IMG/VR virus record: IMGVR_UViG_2684622552_000004 | Span: 1-37,863 of that record | Strand: one strand, 5' to 3' | Length of the DNA: 37,863 nucleotides | Source of the DNA: a virus | Lineage: Duplodnaviria; Heunggongvirae; Uroviricota; Caudoviricetes | Part shown: one piece after another, positions 30,327 to 37,863 of the stretch | Numbering within the stretch: position 1 is the first letter of the stretch | Layout: each line of letters opens with the position of its first letter | Made by a program: the position numbers and the translations under genes | The notes under the pieces: generated by a model | What the model saw: the letters and a program-made list of their open reading frames with translations, nothing else | Databases searched by the model: none | Told to the model about the DNA's origin: nothing

Positions 30327-30365
30327 TGGTGGCCTTTATTTTTGGCATAAACAATATGGGTAAAA

Positions 30366-30692
30366 ATGAAAGTTTTAATGGTTTATGAAAATGTTCCAGA
30401 GTCGACTGAAATCTATATTTTTGATGCCAATGAAGATGAAGTTAACGATTTGAAATCGTCTCACGGCAATTACACAAATGCTAATTGTGATGAAAGTATC
30501 GAAAAAGCACTATCACGTGTTCTTGTCAGAATTAGTGATCCAGAACATTGTGATGATGATTGGCTTTCTTATTGTGGAGCGGTAAAAACTGATGCAGGAA
30601 AATGGAGTAAAAGTAAAGTTGATAACTCAACTCCAATCATTATGAAAGATAGTGATATTGAAATGGTAATAATAACCGGAATGATTATGTAG
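30366..30692 (+). CDS. Hypothetical AT-rich acidic protein
   Basis: 108 aa, net acidic (about 22 D/E versus 10 K/R by hand count), visibly AT-rich relative to neighbours. Confidence 0.5.
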   Translation: MKVLMVYENVPESTEIYIFDANEDEVNDLKSSHGNYTNANCDESIEKALSRVLVRISDPEHCDDDWLSYCGAVKTDAGKWSKSKVDNSTPIIMKDSDIEMVIITGMIM

Positions 30693-30798
30693 GCTGCGAA
30701 TAAGCACTGTGTATTCATTCCAGCGAGTGAATACACGGAGCAATGTCGCTCGTAACTAAACAGGAGCCGACTTGTTCTGATTATTGGAAATCTTCTTT

Positions 30799-30826
30799 GC
30801 CCTCCAGTGTGAGGGCTATTTTTTAT
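30799..30826 (+). terminator. Intrinsic terminator within the pL operon (tL-like)
   Basis: GCCCTC-CAGTGT-GAGGGC hairpin followed by TATTTTTTAT. A second perfect 9-bp hairpin GTGTATTCA-N10-TGAATACAC lies at 30709-30736. Confidence 0.6.
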
Positions 30827-30844
30827 CTATGAGGATATGAACAG

Positions 30845-31213
30845 ATGTCAAACATCAAAAAATACATCATTGATTACGACTGGAAAGCATCAATAGAAAT
30901 TGAAATCGACCATGACGTAATGACAGAGGAAAAACTTCGCCAGATTAATAATTTCTGGTCAGACTCTGAATACCGACTCAATAAACACGGCTCTGTATTA
31001 AATGCTGTATTAATCATGCTGGCGCAACATGCTCTGCTTATAGCAATTTCGAAAGACTTAAATGCATATGGTGTTGTTTGTGAGTTCGACTGGGATGATG
31101 GAAATGGTCAGGAAGGATGGCCTCCAATGGATGGTAGCGAAGGAATAAGAATTACCGATATCGATACATCAGGAATATTTGATTCAGATGATATGACTAT
31201 CAAAACAGCCTGA
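30845..31213 (+). CDS. Hypothetical AT-rich acidic protein
   Basis: 122 aa, net acidic (about 23 D/E versus 10 K/R), Asp-rich C-terminal half (FDWDDGNGQEGWPPMDG...TDIDTSGIFDSDDM). Confidence 0.5.
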   Translation: MSNIKKYIIDYDWKASIEIEIDHDVMTEEKLRQINNFWSDSEYRLNKHGSVLNAVLIMLAQHALLIAISKDLNAYGVVCEFDWDDGNGQEGWPPMDGSEGIRITDIDTSGIFDSDDMTIKTA

Positions 31214-31248
31214 AAGTGGCTTTAACACCTGCCAATGACGGAGGAATT

Positions 31249-31665
31249 ATGGAAATTACAGATATCCTGGTTAATCCAGATAATTACGAACAATTCAACA
31301 TCTCTACTCAATCAGTTGATTTGGGATGTGCAACTGTCAGCGCATGGCTACTTAATGGTAAACAGTTGGATAAATGCCTTGATGCACATATGACGGTTAA
31401 CAGCTTCCTTGCAGAAAAGACACACTGGCAAGATGCTGGAGGGAAATATGCCGGATGGCTTGAAAGCATGGGATTTGAATATCAATCTGATGAAGGTTGG
31501 TGGAGCCTTATAGCTGTAACGCCTGAGACAATAGAATGCTTCGTTAAATACTCAAACGACGATGACTATAAACACCAGGTAGATTCTGCGATAGAAAGAT
31601 ATAAAAGAAAATCATTCAGCCACGAAATATCATCAGTTCTTGATTTCATAGAAGTCTTCAAATAA
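31249..31665 (+). CDS. Hypothetical acidic protein
   Basis: 138 aa from ATG 31249 with strong SD GGAGGAATT; 36 nt downstream of the previous gene. Confidence 0.5.
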   Translation: MEITDILVNPDNYEQFNISTQSVDLGCATVSAWLLNGKQLDKCLDAHMTVNSFLAEKTHWQDAGGKYAGWLESMGFEYQSDEGWWSLIAVTPETIECFVKYSNDDDYKHQVDSAIERYKRKSFSHEISSVLDFIEVFK

Positions 31666-31749
31666 GCCGCCTAAGCGCGGCTTTACCGCATACCAATAAC
31701 GCTTCACTCGAGGCGTTTTCGTTATGCAATCAAATATAAGGAGTTACCC

Positions 31750-31884
31750 ATGATGCACTTTCAGCTCGCGGGTAGCGGCGTCATGTCCGCTTTCTACCCG
31801 CACGAATCTGAATTATCACGCCGAGTTAAACAATTAATCAGAGCAGCAAAGAAACAACTGGAGGCGTTATGCGCAATGAAATAG
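31750..31884 (+). CDS. cIII: cIII-like protein
   Basis: 44 aa MMHFQLAGSGVMSAFYPHESELSRRVKQLIRAAKK... resembles lambda cIII (MQYAIAGWPVAGCPSESLLERITRKLRDGWKR); SD AAGGAG. Confidence 0.55.
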   Translation: MMHFQLAGSGVMSAFYPHESELSRRVKQLIRAAKKQLEALCAMK

Positions 31885-32021
31885 CCATCAATCACCAGAT
31901 GCTTCGTGCTGCACAAAACAAAGCAGTAATAGCCAGATTTATTGGTGATTCCAAAATGTGGCTTGAAGCAAATAAAGCGATGAAATCAGCCATCAACCTT
32001 CCGTGGTATCGCAGGAAATGA
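31869..32021 (+). CDS. kil: Kil-like protein
   Basis: 50 aa, ...AVIARFIGDSKMWLEANKAMK... resembles lambda Kil (...TIATFIGDEKMFREAVDAYKK), recalled from memory; SD GGAGG; overlaps the cIII-like stop. Confidence 0.45.
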   Translation: MRNEIAINHQMLRAAQNKAVIARFIGDSKMWLEANKAMKSAINLPWYRRK

Positions 32022-32125
32022 GTTTTACAGATAACTGGTCAGACGAAGAATTCATTCGTCAGATAAACAAAATGCTCAATCAGCACAAAGAACAGGAGAA
32101 AGATGATGATTCTGACTCTGAATGA
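32018..32125 (+). CDS. Candidate 35-aa acidic peptide
   Basis: MSFTDNWSDEEFIRQINKMLNQHKEQEKDDDSDSE; ATG overlaps the preceding stop (ATGA). Confidence 0.3.
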   Translation: MSFTDNWSDEEFIRQINKMLNQHKEQEKDDDSDSE

Positions 32126-32414
32126 TAAGCGTGAAATATCGCAAATAATCGCAAGTTTTACTGATGAAGATTACGAGCGAATCAACAGTGAAGTTGATCG
32201 CCTCTGCAAACGTTGCGACCCAATAAGCGAAATGCTTCGCTCATATAAACCAGATGAACACACTAAGGACGCTATCGACTGGCTGGAAGATGATGACTGT
32301 AACTATCAGGAAAAAGCCGCTGAATGGTTCTGGGATGCAATAACCGAAAGAGTTAAGGCTGAATATGCCTTCGCAATATTTAAACGCAGACACATTTTTG
32401 GAGAAGCTGCATGA
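32103..32414 (+). CDS. Hypothetical protein upstream of recT
   Basis: 103-aa ORF ending 4 nt into recT (stop overlaps ATG); no recognised motif. Confidence 0.5.
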   Translation: MMILTLNDKREISQIIASFTDEDYERINSEVDRLCKRCDPISEMLRSYKPDEHTKDAIDWLEDDDCNYQEKAAEWFWDAITERVKAEYAFAIFKRRHIFGEAA

Positions 32415-33313
32415 GCAATATCGTTGAATTCGTTAAACAGCAAGAGCAGTTATTCTGCGGAGCATTGACTGAACAGACGGTGACATGGGCTAAGGAAAGC
32501 CAGTTTGCAATTCAGTATTTCCAGAAAAACGATTACCTGGCTAAAACAGCACTGGCAAATCCAACCAGCGCACAGAACGCCATCATCAATGTTGCGGCGA
32601 TCGGCATCACCTTAAACCCGGCCAGCAAACTGGCTTATCTGGTTCCTCGCGACGGCATGGTGTGCCTTGATATCAGTTACATGGGATTACTTCACCTTGC
32701 ACAGTCGACAGGATCAATTAAGTGGGGGCAATGCAAACTGGTGTACTCAAACGACACCTATGAATCAAACGGCCTTGATTCAGCACCAACCCACAAATAC
32801 AACGCATTTGGTGAGCGAGGCTCTATTGTTGGTGGTTATTGTACGGTTAAAACAGCAGATGGTGACTACCTCACTGAAGAAATGAGTCTGGCAGAAATTA
32901 AAGCTGTGGAAGCAACGAGCAAGGCAAAGAATGGACCGTGGAAGACATTCTGGGAAGAGATGGCGCGTAAAACAATAGTTAAACGCGCAAGCAAATACTG
33001 GCCTAAAGCCCAGCGACTGGATAATGCCATTCACCTGCTTAACGAAGATGAAGGTATGCATCAGGAACCAGTTATGCCGCACAAATCAGAGGAAGATATC
33101 CGCGAAGATGAACGGAAACGCCAGCAGGAAATTATGGAAAAAGCACAACTTCTTTGTGATGAAATGGCTCAGGCAGAAAACATGGATGATTTGAAGCGAT
33201 ATTTTGCAGAAGCATATCGCTTGACATCTGGAATGAAATTGCAGCAGAACGTACAAGCCATTTACGCAGAATGCAAAGCGAAACTGGAGGTTGCCAGTGA
33301 GCAAACTGTATGA
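32411..33313 (+). CDS. recT: RecT-family single-strand annealing recombinase
   Basis: NGPWKTFWEEMARKTIVKRASKYWP matches the E. coli RecT motif NGPWVTHWEEMAKKTAIRRLFKYLP; SD GGAGAAG. Confidence 0.85.
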   Translation: MSNIVEFVKQQEQLFCGALTEQTVTWAKESQFAIQYFQKNDYLAKTALANPTSAQNAIINVAAIGITLNPASKLAYLVPRDGMVCLDISYMGLLHLAQSTGSIKWGQCKLVYSNDTYESNGLDSAPTHKYNAFGERGSIVGGYCTVKTADGDYLTEEMSLAEIKAVEATSKAKNGPWKTFWEEMARKTIVKRASKYWPKAQRLDNAIHLLNEDEGMHQEPVMPHKSEEDIREDERKRQQEIMEKAQLLCDEMAQAENMDDLKRYFAEAYRLTSGMKLQQNVQAIYAECKAKLEVASEQTV

Positions 33314-33779
33314 AATTGCCAATGAATACGCAAAATTGATGGATTCAGATTTAGAACCAGAGATGATTGCTGACACAATAGAAGGCATGGAAGGAGAATT
33401 TACCGATAAAATAGAGCAACTTCTTTCCGTCATTAAAAATGAATCTGGTTATGCCGAACGCCTCAAGGAAGAGGCAAAGTCACTGAATGAGCGAGCCGCA
33501 GTAATTCAAAATAAGATTGACAGCATTATGGCGTATATAGCGTCATCGCTTGAAATGGTTGGCAAGAAAAAGATTCGAGCAGGTATTCACCAGGTAACAA
33601 TCCGCAAACCGTCAGAAACTGTAGAAATCATCGACTCAAGCGCCCTTCCTCCTGAATACGTTGAGTTTGAAACGACAATTAAAGCCGACAAGTTGGCAAT
33701 CAAGCACCAACTAAAAGCAGGAATAAATATCCCAGGCGCTCAACTCAAGGTTGGGAAACCTTCACTTCTTATCAAATAA
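33297..33779 (+). CDS. Putative Gam-like (Mu Gam / Gp157-type) nuclease inhibitor
   Basis: 160 aa from GTG 33297 (SD GGAGG). N-terminal coiled coil; C-terminal KKKIRAGIHQVTIRKPSETVEIID loosely resembles the Mu Gam region KTANLVTGDVSWRVRPPSVSIRGMD. Weak assignment. Confidence 0.35.
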   Translation: MSKLYEIANEYAKLMDSDLEPEMIADTIEGMEGEFTDKIEQLLSVIKNESGYAERLKEEAKSLNERAAVIQNKIDSIMAYIASSLEMVGKKKIRAGIHQVTIRKPSETVEIIDSSALPPEYVEFETTIKADKLAIKHQLKAGINIPGAQLKVGKPSLLIK

Positions 33780-33790
33780 CGGTATCGACT

Positions 33791-34105
33791 ATGAAAAAGA
33801 CTCCATGGGAGAAATGGGAAGTCGATTTCTTGCGCGAGGTAGCGGCGACAATGCCAGTTGAAGTTATCGCAGAAAAACTGGAAAGGACTGAAAAAGCAGT
33901 AATGGCGAAAGCAACAAGGATTGGAGCTGACATTGTTAGCCGACTTCGTGGAAGACGCTGGACAAGAGCCGAAGTATCACTTTTCGGTAAGTTCTCCGCA
34001 GAAGAAATAGCAATTGCAACCTGCCGCTCAATTTATTCAGTGAGAGCTATGCGATACAAGCTAAAAAAACTCGATGAAGAAAGAGCAGGCATACGAATAA
34101 ATTAA
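33791..34105 (+). CDS. Hypothetical protein with internal duplication
   Basis: 104 aa; two similar halves (WEKWEVDFLREVAATMPVEVIAEKLERTEKAVMAKA and RWTRAEVSLFGKFSAEEIAIATCRSIYSVRAMRYKL), suggesting a tandem helix-turn-helix-like fold. Confidence 0.45.
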   Translation: MKKTPWEKWEVDFLREVAATMPVEVIAEKLERTEKAVMAKATRIGADIVSRLRGRRWTRAEVSLFGKFSAEEIAIATCRSIYSVRAMRYKLKKLDEERAGIRIN

Positions 34106-34121
34106 CATGGAGTAATTAACA

Positions 34122-34403
34122 ATGAAGCTAAACATCGACCTAGGAAAATACGTTATTACTGGAACAAAACACGACCTGATTCTTAATGAAAGAGGAATTA
34201 TCAAAGAAGGTGAGAATGCAGGGAAAGAAACACTAAGCCGTATCGGTTATTACAGCAAGTTTGAGCATCTGGTTAAAGAGTTATGCAACCGTGAAATCCT
34301 GTTATCTCAGGCGCAGACGCTACAGGATATTCAGCAGCATATCGAAACTTTAGGTATGTCACTTAGCATGGCTATTGACCAGTTCATGGAGAGTAAATCA
34401 TGA
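34122..34403 (+). CDS. Hypothetical protein
   Basis: 93-aa ORF with SD GGAG; no recognised motif. Confidence 0.45.
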   Translation: MKLNIDLGKYVITGTKHDLILNERGIIKEGENAGKETLSRIGYYSKFEHLVKELCNREILLSQAQTLQDIQQHIETLGMSLSMAIDQFMESKS

Positions 34404-34567
34404 GAGGACTTGCATACAATCCCGGCATTCTTCCGGCAGAAATGATTATTCGCCAACGCGTAAAGCCAATGCCATCGAGAGAGGAATTGCTTAAGAGAAA
34501 TTCTTTTCCTTCAGTGAATCAAAACAAATATCTGAATGCGATGTGGCGCAAAGGAGGCAACCAGTGA
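34400..34567 (+). CDS. Candidate 55-aa protein
   Basis: [33 protein letters not shown]...; ATG overlaps the upstream stop (ATGA); below the ORF-track cutoff. Confidence 0.3.
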   Translation: MRGLAYNPGILPAEMIIRQRVKPMPSREELLKRNSFPSVNQNKYLNAMWRKGGNQ

Positions 34568-35250
34568 GCGAAATTAATTACCAGGCACTGCGTGAGGTGG
34601 CGGAACGTGCAATTCCAGCAATGGAACGCCTGTTAATGTTGCCAGCTGATGATGACTTGTTAAGTGAACAGGAACTTAAAGATTACGGTGTGGATATTGA
34701 TGCGCTCAACGCCTTCAAATTTCTGGCCGGACCAGAAACCGTGCTGGCACTACTGGATGAACGGGAAAGAAACCAGCAATACATCAAATCACGCGACCAG
34801 GAGAACGAGAATATTGCACTAACGGTTGGGAAGCTGCGCGTTGAGCTGGAAGGCAAAGACAGCAAAATAGCCAATCTTACCGCCGAACGCGATGCTCTTC
34901 GTGAAGGTGAGATGGGCGACGCTAGGCATAGCAACACACGGGCCGCAGCTGATATCTACTTCCAACTGGTCGAGGAGTGCGAAATTCCTGCTGGCGGATC
35001 TCTGGTCGAGTACGTTGACGATATGCGCGAGAAGCTGGAAGCCGCAGAGAAGCGCATAGCAGAGTTAGAAAGTGATTCTCAGGCACAAAAGTTAGTTGAA
35101 GCAATCATTGTTGCGATAGAAAACGAACAGGAACGTCTTTTTGATGAAGATTACCTAATGGATTCGAAAGAATGCATTGACGTAATTCGTGAAGAAGTAA
35201 AGCGATGGAATGATTCCCGCACCGCTGGCATTCGCATCAAAGGAGAGTGA
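34564..35250 (+). CDS. Hypothetical coiled-coil protein (possibly Ea22-like)
   Basis: About 228 aa from GTG 34564 (SD AAAGGAGG); long acidic coiled-coil stretches. Family assignment is a guess. Confidence 0.4.
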   Translation: MSEINYQALREVAERAIPAMERLLMLPADDDLLSEQELKDYGVDIDALNAFKFLAGPETVLALLDERERNQQYIKSRDQENENIALTVGKLRVELEGKDSKIANLTAERDALREGEMGDARHSNTRAAADIYFQLVEECEIPAGGSLVEYVDDMREKLEAAEKRIAELESDSQAQKLVEAIIVAIENEQERLFDEDYLMDSKECIDVIREEVKRWNDSRTAGIRIKGE

Positions 35251-35251
35251 T

Positions 35252-35749
35252 ATGACCACTATTGCCAAAGAGCGACTACTGGCAATCAAGCAGTGGCACG
35301 AAACATACGGACCTGGTAGCAACGTTGTACTGCCAGCAGAAGAAGCGGAAGAACTGGCACGAATTGCTCTGGCATCGCTGGAAGCAGAGCCGGTGGCGTG
35401 GAAGGTAACCTTCACGCAAATTGACCGTGAATATAACACGTTCACTGGTATGTATTCTGACAAAGCAGAAGTCGAACGTTGGGTGCGGCTGCATAAAGCA
35501 TGTAATTTTCGGGCAGATATAACACCGCTTTATACCGCCCAGCCAGCGCCGGTAACTCCGGATGGTTGGATAAGCTGTAGTGATCGAATGCCAAGCGAAG
35601 AAGATGTTTTGGTTTATTGCTCAGACACAAAAGAGCAGATGGTAGGGTTTCACAAAGGTAAAGGGTTATTTCAATTCTTTTACATGAATGGTGTTGAGGG
35701 GGTATGTGAGCCGTCACACTGGATGCCGCTACCAGAGCCTCCACTTTGA
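35252..35749 (+). CDS. DUF551-like protein
   Basis: From ATG 35252 (SD AAAGGAGAG); C-terminus ...DGWISCSDRMPSEEDVLVYC...HWMPLPEPPL is the hallmark of the DUF551 family common in enterobacterial prophages. Confidence 0.6.
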   Translation: MTTIAKERLLAIKQWHETYGPGSNVVLPAEEAEELARIALASLEAEPVAWKVTFTQIDREYNTFTGMYSDKAEVERWVRLHKACNFRADITPLYTAQPAPVTPDGWISCSDRMPSEEDVLVYCSDTKEQMVGFHKGKGLFQFFYMNGVEGVCEPSHWMPLPEPPL

Positions 35750-35845
35750 AAGCGAAGCTTATACATATCTTTTACATCAGCAATCTATTGTTAATCTCCA
35801 ATCAATGTTACGTTGTCATCTCACTCATGCTTTGGAGGTAGTGAT

Positions 35846-36025
35846 ATGTCTTGTCCAAAATGCGGTTCTGGAAATATTGCAAAAGAAAAAACAATGCGTG
35901 GATGGTCTGGTGATTATGTGTGCTGCGATTGCGGATACAACGACTCTAAAGACGCATTTGGAGAGCGTGGTAAAAACGAGTTTGTTAAAATTAATAAAGA
36001 ACGCGAAGGCAACGAAAAAAGCTAA
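35846..36025 (+). CDS. Small zinc-ribbon protein
   Basis: MSCPKCGSGN...YVCCDCGYND: two CxxC pairs; SD GGAGG before ATG 35846. Confidence 0.5.
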   Translation: MSCPKCGSGNIAKEKTMRGWSGDYVCCDCGYNDSKDAFGERGKNEFVKINKEREGNEKS

Positions 36026-36090
36026 TTTATTTATTCATATATTAATACAATGTAACCAATATTCGAATTGAAGAACTGAAAGAACACCAA

Positions 36091-36111
36091 GCCGCCTGAT
36101 GGCGGTTTTTT
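36091..36111 (+). terminator. Intrinsic terminator
   Basis: GCCGCC-TGAT-GGCGG hairpin followed by TTTTTT. Confidence 0.55.
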
Positions 36112-36125
36112 ATTGGAGACAAGAA

Positions 36126-36470
36126 ATGTCAGATTTGGCTATGAAGGTTTTGAAATGGCAATCGACTGGCGATGTTGGCATCAGTAGCGCAACTCTTGCC
36201 TCAATCGCATGTGGCCTGAAAAAGAATATCTATGGTCATCACTTCGGCGCTCCCCATGACGCAGCAGACTTTCGGCGATGCGTTGCACTTGTTGAGCAGA
36301 TTCCAGAAATCAGAGATTCATTCGACAAGGTTGCAAAGCGCGTTCCGGCATTCAAAGGAATCCTCAACGAATGTGATTCACTCGTTGCTCTGTTGAAGTC
36401 TGAAATGAAGATACACGGAAACAAAGCACCAGAGACTTACAGAAGAATCAGCGAGCTACGCAAGGACTAA
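36126..36470 (+). CDS. Hypothetical protein
   Basis: About 114 aa from ATG 36126 (SD GGAGA); the ORF-track start at 36099 lies inside the terminator loop. Confidence 0.45.
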   Translation: MSDLAMKVLKWQSTGDVGISSATLASIACGLKKNIYGHHFGAPHDAADFRRCVALVEQIPEIRDSFDKVAKRVPAFKGILNECDSLVALLKSEMKIHGNKAPETYRRISELRKD

Positions 36471-36472
36471 CT

Positions 36473-36844
36473 ATGGAATCATACAGCCTCACACTCGATG
36501 AGGCCTGTCAGTTTCTCAAGATATCCAGACCTACCGCCACCAACTGGATACGAACAGGCCGCCTAAAGGCAACACGTAAAGACCCAACCAAGCCAAAATC
36601 CCCTTATCTCACAACACGACAAGCCTGCATTGCGGCGCTTCAATCTCCGCTGCATACTGTCCAGGTGAGCGCGGGTGATGGCATAACAGAGGAAAGAAAA
36701 TGTCACTCTTCCGCAGAGGTGAAATATGGTACGCCTCGTACTCGCTCCCGGGCGGGAAGCGAATTAAGGAATCTCTTGGCACAAAGGACAAGCGGCAAGC
36801 GCAGGAGCTGCACGACAAACGAAAAGCTGAGCTCTGGCGAGTAG
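36473..36844 (+). CDS. xis: Excisionase Xis (large, P22-type)
   Basis: HTH-like [26 protein letters not shown] immediately upstream of int; 123-aa frame overlaps the int start by 145 nt. Confidence 0.65.
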   Translation: MESYSLTLDEACQFLKISRPTATNWIRTGRLKATRKDPTKPKSPYLTTRQACIAALQSPLHTVQVSAGDGITEERKCHSSAEVKYGTPRTRSRAGSELRNLLAQRTSGKRRSCTTNEKLSSGE

Positions 36845-37863
36845 ACAGGCTTGGTGATTTTCCAGATGTGACGTTTGAAGAAGCATGCTTGCGCTGGATT
36901 GAAGAGAAGTCAGATAAGAAATCGCTCGATACAGATAAAGGCCGGATGGGATTCTGGCTTGAACATTTTGAAGGTGTGCGGCTAAAGGATATTACTGAGG
37001 CAAGGATTTACTCAGCCGTCAGCAGGATGCATAACCGTAATCACCTTGAGATATGGAAATCAAAAGCAGAGGCGGCAAGGAAGAAAGGAAAACCCGCGCC
37101 TGAATATGTCGCTAAACCAGTCACCACTGCCACCAAGGCAAAGCATCTTGCACTGATGAAAGCCATTCTGAGAGCAGCAGAACGTGACTGGAAATGGCTG
37201 GAGAAAGCACCGATCATCAAGATACCGACAGTACGCAACAAGCGTGTGCGGTGGCTGGAAAAGGAGGAAGCAAAAAGGCTGATTGATGAATGCCCGGAGC
37301 CATTAAAGTCTGTCGTCAAGTTTGCACTGGCGACAGGTTTACGGCGTTCGAACATTATCAATCTGGAGTGGCAACAGATAGACATGCAGCGCCGTGTTGC
37401 GTGGATCAACCCGGAAGACAGCAAATCAAACAGAGCTATTGGCGTAGCGCTGAATGATACTGCATGTAAGGTTCTGCGAGACCAGATAGGCAACCATCAT
37501 AAATTTGTGTTCGTACACACAAAGCCAGCAAGACGGCCTGATGGTTCTCTCACTCCTGCAGTCAGAAAGATGCGAGTCGATGACGGCAGAGCCTGGAAGG
37601 CAGCGTGCAGACGAGCAGGTATTGAGGATTTCCGTTTTCATGACCTGAGACACACATGGGCGAGCTGGCTTATTCAGGCTGGCGTGCCGTTATCTGTGCT
37701 TCAGGAAATGGGAGGATGGGAATCAATCGAAATGGTACGCAGGTATGCTCACCTGGCACCTAATCACCTGACCGAGCACGCGAAGCAAATTGACGCTATT
37801 TTTAACGATAATGTCCCAAATTTGTCCCACGAAGGAAAAGCAGAAGCGGGAGGAAGCATTTAA
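36700..37863 (+). CDS. int: Tyrosine integrase, P22 Int-like
   Basis: 387 aa; [48 protein letters not shown]... and C-terminal ...[17 protein letters not shown]...[20 protein letters not shown] (R-H-R-Y catalytic residues) closely resemble P22 integrase. Confidence 0.9.
   Translation: MSLFRRGEIWYASYSLPGGKRIKESLGTKDKRQAQELHDKRKAELWRVDRLGDFPDVTFEEACLRWIEEKSDKKSLDTDKGRMGFWLEHFEGVRLKDITEARIYSAVSRMHNRNHLEIWKSKAEAARKKGKPAPEYVAKPVTTATKAKHLALMKAILRAAERDWKWLEKAPIIKIPTVRNKRVRWLEKEEAKRLIDECPEPLKSVVKFALATGLRRSNIINLEWQQIDMQRRVAWINPEDSKSNRAIGVALNDTACKVLRDQIGNHHKFVFVHTKPARRPDGSLTPAVRKMRVDDGRAWKAACRRAGIEDFRFHDLRHTWASWLIQAGVPLSVLQEMGGWESIEMVRRYAHLAPNHLTEHAKQIDAIFNDNVPNLSHEGKAEAGGSI

Overview
The window is almost entirely one temperate P22-like (lambdoid, short-tailed) prophage of an enterobacterial host, shown in reverse orientation to the usual map. 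It runs from a GtrC-like O-antigen modification gene at position 1 to a P22-type integrase stop codon at 37863, so both attachment sites lie outside the window. Gene order read 5'->3' on the minus strand: tailspike, ejection proteins (gp16/gp20/gp7), gp14, tail needle, frameshifted tail hub gp10, gp4, coat, scaffold, portal, large and small terminase, lambda-type lysis cassette (Rz/Rz1, R, S), 82/QuuD-type Q, nin region (NinI, NinH, RusA, YbcO, NinF, NinE, NinB), DnaB-like helicase, O-like initiator with internal iterons, cII and cro. The plus strand carries cI, a small membrane protein in the rex position, N, ral, a cluster of AT-rich acidic small proteins, cIII-like, Kil-like, RecT, a putative Gam-like protein, several hypotheticals, a DUF551 protein, xis and int. 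The element is a mosaic: P22-like virion genes joined to lambda-like lysis, nin and regulatory modules. Best candidates for undescribed functions are the cI-linked membrane protein (29011..29379), the AT-rich acidic gene cluster after ral (30366..31665), the HNH endonuclease sitting where P22 has sieA/immI, and two tiny hydrophobic proteins coupled to the helicase gene. All calls rest on reading the ORF translations and sequence by eye; no database search or computation was run, and similarity to known proteins is from recalled sequences.
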